Shown: in pieces, positions 28,429 through 37,803 of the stretch
Numbering within the stretch: position 1 is the first letter of the stretch
How the letters are laid out: each line of letters opens with the position of its first letter
Assembly: GCA_041615815.1 (NCBI GenBank)
Contig: JBFJCP010000025.1
Coordinates: forward strand, 10,109-74,108
Source of the DNA: Gemmatimonadales bacterium
GTDB taxonomy: Bacteria; Gemmatimonadota; Gemmatimonadetes; Gemmatimonadales; GWC2-71-9
Direction: 5' to 3'
Length of the DNA stretch: 64,000 bases
Notes under the pieces: generated by a model
Database searches by the model: none
The model's input: the letters and a program-made list of their open reading frames with translations, nothing else
What the model was told of the DNA's origin: nothing
Position numbers and translations under genes: made by a program

Positions 28429-30927
28429 CTACCGCGCTCCCACTCCGGTGATATACCAGCCTTGCGCACCGCGCGCGAGCGTGACGGCAAAGTCGTTCGT
28501 TTGATCCTGCTGTCCGCCGTCACGGAATTCGTACCGCAGCCTCACATTCGCGCGGGCCGAATCGCCGGACGGTTGCAAGTCGAGCACCGTCATGGAGACG
28601 GTCAGCTCTTCCACACTTCCGAAAAACGTGCGGAATCCTTGTTCCTGCTGGCTGGACATGCCGGGAAAGAGGCGCTTCAGGGACGCGAGATCCCGACCCT
28701 GGATTGCCTGGGCGTACCCCTGCAGCACGGTGCGGATTTCCGGCGAGGGGTCGGGTGGCGGCGACGGTCCGGCGTCGCCGACCGCCGCCGGCGCCTCCAC
28801 GGTGATTCGCGCCGAGGCCTCGACGGATCCGCTCCGCGCGCTGATCGTCACCGACCCCGGCGTCACTCCGGTCACGACCCCATTCGACGCGACGCGGGCG
28901 ATGGCCCCGTTGTCGGTGGCCCACGTGACGCCGCGCCCCTGCATAGGGTTGCCACCGGCGTCTCTCGGCGTCGCTCGCAGCTGGACCGTCCCGCCCACCG
29001 GAATAGAGGAACGGGTTGGCGAGACCACCATGGAGGCGACTTCAGCGGGAGCCACGGTCACCGTGGTGGTTCCCGACCGCCCGGCCGCCGTGGCCGAGAT
29101 CCGGGCCGATCCCTCACCCCGGGCAACCACCAGTCCCTGGGCCGTGACCACCGCCACGCCGTTGTCACTGGATTCCCAGGTGACCCCCTGCCGTATCGTA
29201 TTGCCGTTTTGGTCCCGCACGATCGCGGACAGCTGGGCGGTTTCCCCGAGGGCGAGGCTGGCTGATGAGGGGTTGACGCGAACGGATGTCACGCGTGGGC
29301 GCGGCGGTGTGGGCGACGTCGCCTGGGCCTGCCGAGTCCGCACCGTGATGAAGGTGGATGCGGTGATGTCCGCGGTCCGCGCCACGATCTCTGCTTCACC
29401 GGTCGTGATCGCCGACACGAGGCCGCGAGAAGACACGCGAGCTACCGAGGCATCCATGGACTCCCAGGTAACGGTGGCTGACGGCATCTGGGACCCTTGT
29501 GTATCGAGCACGTTGGCGGAGAGCCGAACGGTGTCCCCCACGATGAGCGACGCCGATGCCGGCAGCACTTCCACGGCCGCGACCGTGGGAACCGCAATCG
29601 GTGGCGGCGTCCGAATCGTGTCGGTCGCAGTGGGCGACGCCGGCTCCGCGGGAGCGTCGGCACGCCACGGGGCCCAGAGCACGAGCACCACGGCCGCCGC
29701 GGCCGCTGGGGGAAGGGCCCAAAGAAGCTTGCGGCTGTTCCCCGGTTGGAGTCCCGGAATTGGCGTGACGTCCGCCGGTGGCGTCGCCGACTCCTGCCGC
29801 GCGTCCCGCGCCCGCGTCGCCAACGCGATACTGTCCGACAGGCGATCTCGCGGCACGGGGCTCGGCGGTGTCTGAAACTTGTCGACGAGCCGTTGCGCGT
29901 CCGCGCTCTTGGCCAGGGTCAGGATCTGGGTGCGGACTTTGTCGCTCTCCGCCGGCGGGACCGGGCCGAGGGACGAGACCATTTCCTCCAGGGACTGCCA
30001 CCGGTCCTCCTTACCCTTCGCCATCATTCGCATGACCGCGTTGACCATGCCCGGCGGACATTCCGGCACGGCGGCTGTGACCGGCGGCGGGGGCGTGTTG
30101 CAGTGCTTGTACATGATCGCCATTGCCGACTTGCCTGCGAACGGCTTTTGACCCGTCAACATCTCGTACGCTACGCACCCCAACGAGTACTGGTCTGAGT
30201 GGCCCGAGACCGCCAGGCCGGTGCACTGCTCGGGACTCATATACGCCGGCGTCCCCACCGTGCCGCCGGTCTGGGTCAGGCCTTGAGCCTCTGCCACCTT
30301 GGCAATGCCGAAGTCCGTCACCACCGCCCACCCCTCTTCGTCCAGCATGATGTTCCCTGGCTTGATGTCTCGGTGGACGACGCCATGCCGGTGCGCATAC
30401 CCCAGCGCGTTGCCGACCTGGCCGAGTATGGTGTGGACCATGGGGATGGGAAGCGGACCGATCTCGGCGATGACCGATTCGAGCGTGCGGCCCTTCACGT
30501 ACTTCATCACGAAGAAGAGCAGGTCTTCGCTCTCCTTGACGGCATAAATGGGGATGATGTTGGGATGGCTCAGGGACGCGGCGGTGCGGGCCTCACGTTT
30601 GAACCGCTCAGGAATGCCTTCGCCCATCCACAGCACCGTGGGGGAGATGACCTTGATGGCCACCTTGCGATCCAGAGCCAGATCGTGCGCGAGGTACACC
30701 ACCGCCATGCCGCCCCGCCCCAACTCTCCCAGGATCTCATACTCACCCAGTGTGGCCGAGCGCAGCGTCTCGAGTAGCGCAGCCGAGGTCCGGGTGGCGG
30801 AGACGTCGCCGATCGGAACGCGCGTCGTGGGGTCCGATGCCATACGTCCGGGAAGCTGCGCCCCACAGTACACGCAAAAGGCCGCATCGACCGGGTTGTC
30901 CCGACCGCAGGTGTTACAAGGAGGCAC
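28429..30927 (-). CDS. Membrane Ser/Thr kinase: zinc ribbon + kinase + TM + three Ig-like (Big_2) repeats + NTF2-like C-terminus
   Basis: CxxC-x10-CxxC, GRGGMAVVY, VAIK, HRDIKPGN, DFG, SPE; three V.W.S.(D/N)..VA.V...G.V repeats; GTG start inferred. Confidence 0.88.
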   Translation of the reverse strand: MPPCNTCGRDNPVDAAFCVYCGAQLPGRMASDPTTRVPIGDVSATRTSAALLETLRSATLGEYEILGELGRGGMAVVYLAHDLALDRKVAIKVISPTVLWMGEGIPERFKREARTAASLSHPNIIPIYAVKESEDLLFFVMKYVKGRTLESVIAEIGPLPIPMVHTILGQVGNALGYAHRHGVVHRDIKPGNIMLDEEGWAVVTDFGIAKVAEAQGLTQTGGTVGTPAYMSPEQCTGLAVSGHSDQYSLGCVAYEMLTGQKPFAGKSAMAIMYKHCNTPPPPVTAAVPECPPGMVNAVMRMMAKGKEDRWQSLEEMVSSLGPVPPAESDKVRTQILTLAKSADAQRLVDKFQTPPSPVPRDRLSDSIALATRARDARQESATPPADVTPIPGLQPGNSRKLLWALPPAAAAAVVLVLWAPWRADAPAEPASPTATDTIRTPPPIAVPTVAAVEVLPASASLIVGDTVRLSANVLDTQGSQMPSATVTWESMDASVARVSSRGLVSAITTGEAEIVARTADITASTFITVRTRQAQATSPTPPRPRVTSVRVNPSSASLALGETAQLSAIVRDQNGNTIRQGVTWESSDNGVAVVTAQGLVVARGEGSARISATAAGRSGTTTVTVAPAEVASMVVSPTRSSIPVGGTVQLRATPRDAGGNPMQGRGVTWATDNGAIARVASNGVVTGVTPGSVTISARSGSVEASARITVEAPAAVGDAGPSPPPDPSPEIRTVLQGYAQAIQGRDLASLKRLFPGMSSQQEQGFRTFFGSVEELTVSMTVLDLQPSGDSARANVRLRYEFRDGGQQDQTNDFAVTLARGAQGWYITGVGAR

Positions 30928-30991
30928 GGCGGGTGATCCTCGAGCCGCAGCGGGCGCGGCGACGACGGAGCGTGGGTGACGAGACCATGCC

Positions 30992-31423
30992 CTAGTATTT
31001 GGACTGCATGTAGGTGATGCCCCGAGACACGGTGGCCCGCCACGCGGCTTCGACATCAGATCCGAATTCCGGGTCGTAGACCGCCACCGTCTCCATGAGA
31101 CTGTCCACAAACGCGCGGTATAGCTCCGGCGAGACATCGAGCCCGTTCCGGCTGTGCCGCTCCGCGAGGCGGGTCAGGAGGTTGGGTTCCTCCTTTTCCT
31201 GTCCCGGGAAGATCAGTAGCAGCCCAATGGCATGCCGCAGCAGCTTGTGCTGCCGCTCGAAGTCCGTGTTGGCGAACTTCTCCACGGCCGGCGGGCAGTT
31301 CCGGAAAAAGGTCTGGTAGAAGGTCTCGAAGAAGGCCTCCTGTCCGAGGCAGCGCTCGTAGCTCGCCTTGGCCGACTCCATGGTGGTCCGGCTGATCGCG
31401 GTCTGGGAATGGGGATCATTCAT
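30992..31423 (-). CDS. Single-domain globin
   Basis: FF..FY..F (B10 Tyr), F..TDF.RQ (CD1 Phe, E7 Gln), LAERH (F8 His), V.PELY..F..SL, AAW. Confidence 0.82.
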   Translation of the reverse strand: MNDPHSQTAISRTTMESAKASYERCLGQEAFFETFYQTFFRNCPPAVEKFANTDFERQHKLLRHAIGLLLIFPGQEKEEPNLLTRLAERHSRNGLDVSPELYRAFVDSLMETVAVYDPEFGSDVEAAWRATVSRGITYMQSKY

Positions 31424-31498
31424 GTCGCCAACCTCTAAAATGCAGCACACGGCCCAGGACGCAAACGGATCAAGCCCCGGAAGCCAAATCTCTGATGG

Positions 31499-31528
31499 TT
31501 GACCCAACCGCAAGCGTCTCTTTACGTT
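31499..31528 (+). promoter_or_regulatory. Sigma70-type promoter of tRNA-Ser(UGA)
   Basis: TTGACC-18 nt-TACGTT, 12 nt before the tRNA. Confidence 0.65.
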
Positions 31529-31540
31529 ACCAGTAATCGG

Positions 31541-31625
31541 GGAGGGCTAGACCTAACTGGTAAGGCAGCGGTCTTGAAAACCGCCGGGCTTAAGGCCCTT
31601 GTGGGTTCGAGTCCCACGCCCTCCG
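31541..31625 (+). tRNA. tRNA-Ser (anticodon UGA)
   Basis: Acceptor GGAGGGC/GCCCTCC plus G73, anticodon arm GCGGT-CTTGAAA-ACCGC, long variable arm, GTTCGAGTC; CCA not encoded. Confidence 0.95.
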
Positions 31626-31634
31626 TCGCCTGCT

Positions 31635-32084
31635 TCAGCCCTCCAGTTCCGCGATCAGCTCCCGCACCCGCGGCGGGAGCGGCGTCTTTCGCCTGGCCCG
31701 GTAGTCGAACGAGACGATGAGACCGGCCCCGTCCGCCGCCACTTCCGCCTGGGCGTCCGAGACGATGCGATATCGCATGGAGAACCGATCCTCCTCGACC
31801 GCCTCGGCCCGGGCGCCCACGGAGACCGTGTCTGGATAGAACAGCGGTCTCCAGTACCGACACTGGGTGGAATGCAGGATCGCCCCAACCCGTTCGCGAT
31901 CGTAGGACTCGACGAAACCGCACCGTTCCAGGTAGGCGATTCGGGCGGTCTCGAAGTATCGGAAGAAGACGGCGTTGTTGACATGCCCGTACGCATCCAT
32001 CTCACCCCATTGCACGGGGAGGCGGACGACGACGGGATACTCGGCCAGGTGGGGATGCCCGTCACCGGGTGTGGCGGATGGCAT
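31635..32084 (-). CDS. Acyl-CoA thioesterase (4HBT/YbgC hotdog fold)
   Basis: VQWGEMDAYGHVNNAVFFRYFETAR. Confidence 0.9.
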   Translation of the reverse strand: MPSATPGDGHPHLAEYPVVVRLPVQWGEMDAYGHVNNAVFFRYFETARIAYLERCGFVESYDRERVGAILHSTQCRYWRPLFYPDTVSVGARAEAVEEDRFSMRYRIVSDAQAEVAADGAGLIVSFDYRARRKTPLPPRVRELIAELEG

Positions 32085-32156
32085 CCAACCAATCTACGGG
32101 GACGAGGCGGTTCCGCGAGTGGTGGCGAACCGGGGGCCGCCTCGCCCCGTGTCGGT

Positions 32157-33419
32157 TCAGAACTGCAGACCCATGGCGAGATTCAAGTGCGTGGCTCCTT
32201 GCTCTCCAATGGTCGGATCGCCATACGTCGTGAAAATACGACGGAGCTCGACGCCAAACAGCAGCGGTCGGGGACGCCACGTCACATGGGTTTCCCAACT
32301 CTTGTTCTGGAGCGTACCCCCGCCCGGGGTGAGATCGGCGTCGTCCGGATCGTCCATCCCGAATCCGGCGCCGATTTCCCACTCGGGATACGGGAGAAAA
32401 TTGACCTGACCCCATCCACCGACGGTCCGCACTGGAACGCCGCCGACGCCGAAGTTCTGACCCGCGCCACCCCCGCCGAGCACGGTCAGCGCCTCCCCGA
32501 TGAACGCCTCTCCTCGGAGCTCGACGAACTCGGTGACGAATGTCCGCACCGCCACCGCAGCCCCTTTACTGGTCAAGGTGGAGTCTCCCGTCGTGGCAAA
32601 CCAGCCCAAGTGTCCTCCCAGGCTGACTTCGCCGCCATCGATGTCCTGATCGCCCCAACGGGCGAGCAGTCGGCCTTCGATCATCGGGCGGTTACTCCGC
32701 TCCGCAGCGGTGAAGGTCGTGGCGATGGACGCCGACTGCGGAAGCGAGAACGGCGCGATGGCCGCGAGTTCGAACCCGACGGCCACTGGTGTCGCCGTTT
32801 GTATACCAATGCGTGCCTGCGGCATCCAGAACCAGAGGTTACCGGAGATCGTGAAGCCGGGAAAATCGAGGGCGGCGAGGGAAGAGGGGTTCACGCTCGC
32901 GATGGGGGGAGCCTCCTGACCGAAGAGGACCCATACTTGTGACCACCGAAGCTCGACTCGCGCACGCCGCATACTCAGAATGGGACGGAGGCGCCCGTCG
33001 CCAATGTGGCCTCCGAACAGATTGAACTCGACCTCTCCGAGCAGCTCGGCCCCCAGGACGTCGGAGTGTGTGGCACGTAATCCCACGCGGGTTTGCCGCA
33101 AGGTCCCGCCCACGCCACCGGCCGGAAGACCACCGGGCGGGTCTGGTGGCAGCACCACGAGGGGAAGATCACTGTTGTTGGTCCGTTGGCTCGTAAAGAA
33201 CCCGTTCACCAGAATGTGGCCAAACAGCTCGAGGGTTCCACCGGCGGCGGGCTCCACCTTGTTCTCCGCTTGATCGGCCACCTGGGCCTGCAGCACCTCG
33301 ATCAGTCGCTCAGCCCGTTCCAGCCTGGCCAAGATGGAATCGAGGGGTTCCACCTGCCCCACCAGCGGAGGCGCGGCGCAGAAGAGTAGCAAACACGGGA
33401 GGAGGTGACGGATCTTCAT
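32157..33419 (-). CDS. Putative outer-membrane porin with N-terminal coiled coil (DcaP-like)
   Basis: Signal peptide, coiled coil, RQTRVGL, VEFNLFGG, LFGQ, PQ.R, terminal Phe. Confidence 0.72.
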   Translation of the reverse strand: MKIRHLLPCLLLFCAAPPLVGQVEPLDSILARLERAERLIEVLQAQVADQAENKVEPAAGGTLELFGHILVNGFFTSQRTNNSDLPLVVLPPDPPGGLPAGGVGGTLRQTRVGLRATHSDVLGAELLGEVEFNLFGGHIGDGRLRPILSMRRARVELRWSQVWVLFGQEAPPIASVNPSSLAALDFPGFTISGNLWFWMPQARIGIQTATPVAVGFELAAIAPFSLPQSASIATTFTAAERSNRPMIEGRLLARWGDQDIDGGEVSLGGHLGWFATTGDSTLTSKGAAVAVRTFVTEFVELRGEAFIGEALTVLGGGGAGQNFGVGGVPVRTVGGWGQVNFLPYPEWEIGAGFGMDDPDDADLTPGGGTLQNKSWETHVTWRPRPLLFGVELRRIFTTYGDPTIGEQGATHLNLAMGLQF

Positions 33420-33447
33420 GATGACAACTCCGCTAATGTGAGTTCCG

Positions 33448-33476
33448 TTGACGCGTGGCAGTGGTCTCGGTAACCT
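33448..33476 (+). promoter_or_regulatory. Sigma70-type promoter for the cupredoxin-kinase pair
   Basis: TTGACG-17 nt-TAACCT. Confidence 0.55.
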
Positions 33477-33506
33477 AGTGTCGTGTTGCACAACCCCATT
33501 GGACCG

Positions 33507-34223
33507 ATGCGCTTCCCTCTTCTGATCGGCGCGGGGCTTCCTGCCCTCGTGGTATTCGGGTTCGCGAGTCAAAAGGACACCGCGGGCACGCCACTGGCAA
33601 GCGTGACCGGTCAGGTCACCGTGTTGGAGGAGGGGAACAGGCTCGCGAAGGACGTGAGTGACGCGGTAGTGTGGCTCGAACCCGTGCGGGGACGCTACGA
33701 ACGCCCAGACTCGATTCCCCCCGACACGCTCCAGATGACGATGTCCAAGAAGGAGTTTCGCCCCCATCTCATGGTGCTGGAGGTGGGATCCGGGCTCGCC
33801 TTCCCCAACGAAGACTCATTCAACCACAATGTGTTTTCGCGCTCCGATATCGCGCCGTTCGACCTTGGCCGGTACGGTCGCGGTGAGATCGGCGTGACGC
33901 ATTTCGGGCGGCCAGGTGTGGTGCGGGTTTTCTGTAATGTGCACGCTCGCATGAGTGCCATCGTCGTGGTGCTGGACAACCCATACTTCGCGCGCCCGCG
34001 TCGGGACGGGACGTTCACGATCCGCGATGTCCCCCCGGGCCGATACCGCCTGCAGGCTTTTCATGAACGGGCCAATGTGTATCAGCCCAGGCTCATCGAC
34101 GTCACTGGCCAAGGAGCCGGCGCCCTCCGCGTGGAGCTCGATGCTCGGGAGTATCGCTTCGTGCAACACCTGAATAAGTTCGGCCAGCCCTACTCACGGG
34201 CCAAACGCGGGCGTCGGTATTAA
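33507..34223 (+). CDS. Exported cupredoxin-like protein with a carboxypeptidase-regulatory-like beta domain
   Basis: Signal peptide; FPN.D...HNVFS, FDLG.Y and CNVHARM supply type-1 copper ligands H, C, H, M; G.F.I.DVPPG.Y.L. Confidence 0.8.
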   Translation: MRFPLLIGAGLPALVVFGFASQKDTAGTPLASVTGQVTVLEEGNRLAKDVSDAVVWLEPVRGRYERPDSIPPDTLQMTMSKKEFRPHLMVLEVGSGLAFPNEDSFNHNVFSRSDIAPFDLGRYGRGEIGVTHFGRPGVVRVFCNVHARMSAIVVVLDNPYFARPRRDGTFTIRDVPPGRYRLQAFHERANVYQPRLIDVTGQGAGALRVELDAREYRFVQHLNKFGQPYSRAKRGRRY

Positions 34224-34275
34224 GGCGCTCCCCATTCAGCGGCTCGGATCGAAGATCTTCGCCGCCACCGCTCTC

Positions 34276-36294
34276 GTGATCGTCGCCGTTCTCGGCGGCG
34301 CACTCTACTTCACGTGGGTCCGCGCCAATCGGGCTGCCGACGAGTCCATCGACAAGGCGTTGACCGCTACGCAATCCGCCATCGACGACGCCCTCACCGG
34401 CCGGAGCCAAGCGTTGCTTCAGGTAACCGCCGGCCTCGCGCAGGTGCCGGACTACGTGTCGCGGATCAGCGAGGCCCTCGCAGGCGGTGATCGCTCCGAT
34501 CTCCTCGATCAAGCAGACGAGTTTCGGGAACAGACGGGCGCCGCATGGGCCCTCATCACGGATGGGGCCGGCATCCTGCAGGCATGGACGTACGAACCCT
34601 TCGTGTTCGACGACGATCTCTCCGAGAGCTCGCTGATCGGGCTCGCGCTCGAGGGCGATACGACCCAGGGGGTGTGGATCGAGCCCACGGACGAAGGGGA
34701 TCAGCTCTTCCAGGCCGTGGGGGTGCCGGTGTTCGATCCCTCCCGCAGCCTGATCTACGCGGTGCTGGTGGCCGCACTTCCCGTCGACAGCGCGTTCGCC
34801 GCCGATATCCAGCGCCATACGAATTCCGACATCGTGTTTTTTGCGCTCGACACGCTCGACGCCCCCTACGTGTTGGTGTCCACCCTCCCCCGTGGACCCA
34901 TCGACTCCGCCATCGTCCAAGTGAATCCCGATAGCGCGTTGACCGACAATCCGGAGCGTGCCCGGGTACGCCTGCCCGTGGCGGGGGAGACGCTCGTGGG
35001 TGTCGCCGGTCCGGTCCGCACGGCGTCCGGCTTCCCGGTGGGTGGGTACGTCGGGTTCCGTTCGCGCGAGGTGGAGCTGGCGGCGTTCTTCGCCCTGCGC
35101 CGCACCATGTGGTACATCTTCGGCGGCGGGCTCGTCTTGGCCCTCTTGTCCTCGCTGCTCGTCGCAGGGCAGATCACGCGCCCCGTCAAGCGGCTCGTGC
35201 GGGCCACCCGACGGGTGGGGGATGGCCAATACACCGGCTCCATCGAAGTGACGTCCCGAGACGAGATCGGCGAGCTGGCCGCAGCGTTCGACCACATGAT
35301 CCGCGAGCTCCGCGCGAAGGACGAGTTGGTGGACTACCTGAGCGGTGGCAGCGAGGCCACGATCCCGCTTCCCGGCGCCGCGGTCAGTCGCACCGCCGGG
35401 ACCGCGGCCGATGCTCAGCGCGCGCCTCCCTCCGGTGTCGTGGTGCATCGCTTGACCAAAGGATCGGTCTTCGCCGGGCGGTACGAGATCCGGGACGTGC
35501 TCGGGACGGGCGGCATGGGGGTCGTGTACCGCGCGTTGGATCGGGAGCTCGACGAGCTCGTGGCCATCAAGACGCTTCGCCCTGATGTGGTCAAGGGCGA
35601 CACGAGCATGCTCGATCGGTTCAAGCAGGAGATTCGCCTCGCACGACGCATCACGCATCGCAACGTGGTCCGCACTCACGACCTGGGCGAGGTGGAGGGC
35701 ATGTACTTCATCACCATGGAGTACGTGGAAGGCACCACACTCAAGCAGCTCATTCGAAAGCGGGGGCAGCTCCCGCCGGCGGTGGCCGTGACCATCGGCA
35801 AACAACTCTGCCGGGCACTGGAAGTGGCGCACGAGCAGGGCATCATCCACCGGGACATCAAGCCGCAGAACCTCGTGGTCGATCACAGTGGCTTCTTGAA
35901 GGTCATGGACTTTGGAATCGCCCGGCTGGTGGATCGGAGCAAGAAGGAGTTGACGTCCACCGGGGCCGCAGTGGGGACCGCGGACTATATCCCCCCGGAA
36001 CAGCTGATGGGCGAGGAGATCGACGGCCGCGCGGACCTCTACTCGGCCGGTGCCGTCCTCTTCGAGTGCGTCACCGGACGCACCGTGTTCAGCGCCCCGA
36101 CGCTGATGGGCCTCATGGCCAAACACCTCGAGGAGCGGCCGGAGAACCCTACGAGCCTCAACCCGGAAGTGCCTGAGGCCCTCGCCAATGTGATCCTCAA
36201 GGCCTTGGAGAAGCGTCCCGCTAACCGTTTTCCGTCCGCCGGCGCCATGTACGACGCCCTCGACGCCATTCGCCTCAAAGCGCGCGCAGCCTAG
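34276..36294 (+). CDS. Sensor Ser/Thr kinase: TM, extracytoplasmic Cache-like domain, TM, HAMP, Hanks kinase
   Basis: Two TM helices, ITRPVKRL...DEIGELAAAFDHM (HAMP), GTGGMGVVY, HRDIKPQN, DFG, PPE; true start uncertain. Confidence 0.88.
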   Translation: MIVAVLGGALYFTWVRANRAADESIDKALTATQSAIDDALTGRSQALLQVTAGLAQVPDYVSRISEALAGGDRSDLLDQADEFREQTGAAWALITDGAGILQAWTYEPFVFDDDLSESSLIGLALEGDTTQGVWIEPTDEGDQLFQAVGVPVFDPSRSLIYAVLVAALPVDSAFAADIQRHTNSDIVFFALDTLDAPYVLVSTLPRGPIDSAIVQVNPDSALTDNPERARVRLPVAGETLVGVAGPVRTASGFPVGGYVGFRSREVELAAFFALRRTMWYIFGGGLVLALLSSLLVAGQITRPVKRLVRATRRVGDGQYTGSIEVTSRDEIGELAAAFDHMIRELRAKDELVDYLSGGSEATIPLPGAAVSRTAGTAADAQRAPPSGVVVHRLTKGSVFAGRYEIRDVLGTGGMGVVYRALDRELDELVAIKTLRPDVVKGDTSMLDRFKQEIRLARRITHRNVVRTHDLGEVEGMYFITMEYVEGTTLKQLIRKRGQLPPAVAVTIGKQLCRALEVAHEQGIIHRDIKPQNLVVDHSGFLKVMDFGIARLVDRSKKELTSTGAAVGTADYIPPEQLMGEEIDGRADLYSAGAVLFECVTGRTVFSAPTLMGLMAKHLEERPENPTSLNPEVPEALANVILKALEKRPANRFPSAGAMYDALDAIRLKARAA

Positions 36295-36295
36295 C

Positions 36296-37654
36296 TCACA
36301 CCAGCTCTTCGAATCTCGCCGTGAAGTGCCTGAGGCTCGGCGGGCTGTTGGTCATCCGCAACCCCACCAGCTTGCGACGCCGTTCGAACACTTCGCCGCA
36401 CGCTTCGGCAACGTAGTCGATGTGGCTCTGCGTATACACCCGCCGCGGGATCGCGAGGCGAACGAGCTCCATGGGAGGGGATTTCCCCTCGCCGCCAAAC
36501 ATCACGCTGCCAATCTCGACCGCACGAATACCGGCCTGGCGGTACAGCGCGCACACGAGTGCCTGGCCGGGAAACGCGTGCGGCGGAATCTGCGGGCAAC
36601 ACGCGGCTGCATCGATGTAGATGGCATGCCCACCCGGCGGCTCCACGATCTGGTAGCCCACCGACATGAGCTTCTCACCCAAATAGGCGGTAGATCGGAG
36701 ACGATACTGCAGGTAGTCCTCCTCCAACACCTCTTCGAAGCCCTGGGCCATGGCTTCCAGGTCCCGGCCCGCGAGCCCACCGTACGTGACGAAGCCCTCG
36801 GTGAGAATGAGCAGCGCGTCCGCGCGCTGTGCTAGCTCCTCGTCTCGCAACAGGAGGACCCCCCCGATGTTGACGAGCCCGTCCTTCTTGGCGCTGATCG
36901 TCGCGCCGTCGGCGAGATCGAACATCTGGCGGACGATCTGTCGCACGGAGTGCTCGCGCTGACTCGGCTCACGTTGCTTGATGAAGTACGCGTTTTCCGC
37001 AAACCGACACGCGTCGAGAAAGAGCGGGATCCCGAACTCGTCACACACCTGACGAACCGCACGGAGGTTTTCGAGGCTGACCGGCTGGCCACCACCCGAG
37101 TTATTGGTCACCGTCACCATGCAGATCGGGACGCGCTCGGGTCCCACCCGTTCGATCAAATTCCGCAGCGCGGCGACGTCCACGTTCCCCTTGAATGGAT
37201 GCTGTGTCGCCGCCCGCTGGCCCTCGGCGATGACGAGGTCCACCGCCTCGGCACCGGAGTGCTCGATGTTGGCCCTCGTCGTGTCGAAGTGGTTGTTGTT
37301 CGGAACCACGCGTCCCGGCCCCCCCACCAACTCAAAGAGGATCCGCTCGGCGGCGCGCCCCTGATGCGTCGGGAGAATGTGGCTGAAACCCGTGATACGC
37401 TCGAGCGTGTCCCGAAAGCGATAGAAGCTTTCCGCGCCGGCGTAGGATTCATCCCCCCGCATGACCGCTGCCCACTGCAGACTACTCATGGCCCCCGTCC
37501 CGCTATCGGTCAGGAGATCGACCAGCACGTCCCGCGCGTGAATATTGAACACATTGAAGTAGGCCGCCTGCAGGATCCCCTCCCGCTCATCGCGGGTAGT
37601 CATCCGCAGCGGTTCAACGACTTTGATCTTGAAGGGCTCGATGATCGTCTTCAT
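36296..37654 (-). CDS. tnaA: Tryptophanase
   Basis: EPFKIKVVEP, DLLTDSGT, PLP Lys in SAKKD; C-terminal LRHFTARF has His as in tryptophanase, where tyrosine phenol-lyase has LRFF. Confidence 0.88.
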   Translation of the reverse strand: MKTIIEPFKIKVVEPLRMTTRDEREGILQAAYFNVFNIHARDVLVDLLTDSGTGAMSSLQWAAVMRGDESYAGAESFYRFRDTLERITGFSHILPTHQGRAAERILFELVGGPGRVVPNNNHFDTTRANIEHSGAEAVDLVIAEGQRAATQHPFKGNVDVAALRNLIERVGPERVPICMVTVTNNSGGGQPVSLENLRAVRQVCDEFGIPLFLDACRFAENAYFIKQREPSQREHSVRQIVRQMFDLADGATISAKKDGLVNIGGVLLLRDEELAQRADALLILTEGFVTYGGLAGRDLEAMAQGFEEVLEEDYLQYRLRSTAYLGEKLMSVGYQIVEPPGGHAIYIDAAACCPQIPPHAFPGQALVCALYRQAGIRAVEIGSVMFGGEGKSPPMELVRLAIPRRVYTQSHIDYVAEACGEVFERRRKLVGLRMTNSPPSLRHFTARFEELV

Positions 37655-37733
37655 GGTTGGCCAAGCGCTGGGAATCGGTGGTGGCAAGATACGGAGAGAG
37701 CAGAAGCAGAACCAATCCTGGAGCGGTCGCCGA

Positions 37734-37762
37734 TTGACATTGCCCCGGGGACCCGTCATCAT
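37734..37762 (+). promoter_or_regulatory. Sigma70-type promoter upstream of the AI-2E transporter
   Basis: TTGACA-17 nt-CATCAT. Confidence 0.5.
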
Positions 37763-37803
37763 CGGGCCACCTCGCTCCGAGACCGGACCTTCAGCTTGAG
37801 AGC

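Noticed and set aside
31541..31625. Possible tRNA-Sec, given selA nearby and 'TGA' in the anticodon loop
   Set aside because: The anticodon is UGA (reads UCA, Ser), not UCA; it has a 7-bp acceptor stem and an ordinary tRNA-Ser layout.
20969..36294. Integrated genomic island anchored at tRNA-Ser(UGA)
   Set aside because: Content looks accessory, but I saw no integrase, transposase or duplicated tRNA 3' end (att site).
37651..37740. TnaC-like leader peptide (MSIGDRSRIGSASALSVSCHHRFPALGQP*, ending Pro-UGA at the tnaA start)
   Set aside because: It has no Trp codon, which TnaC needs, and no spacer for Rho-dependent termination. A likely -10 element (TATCTT) lies inside it.
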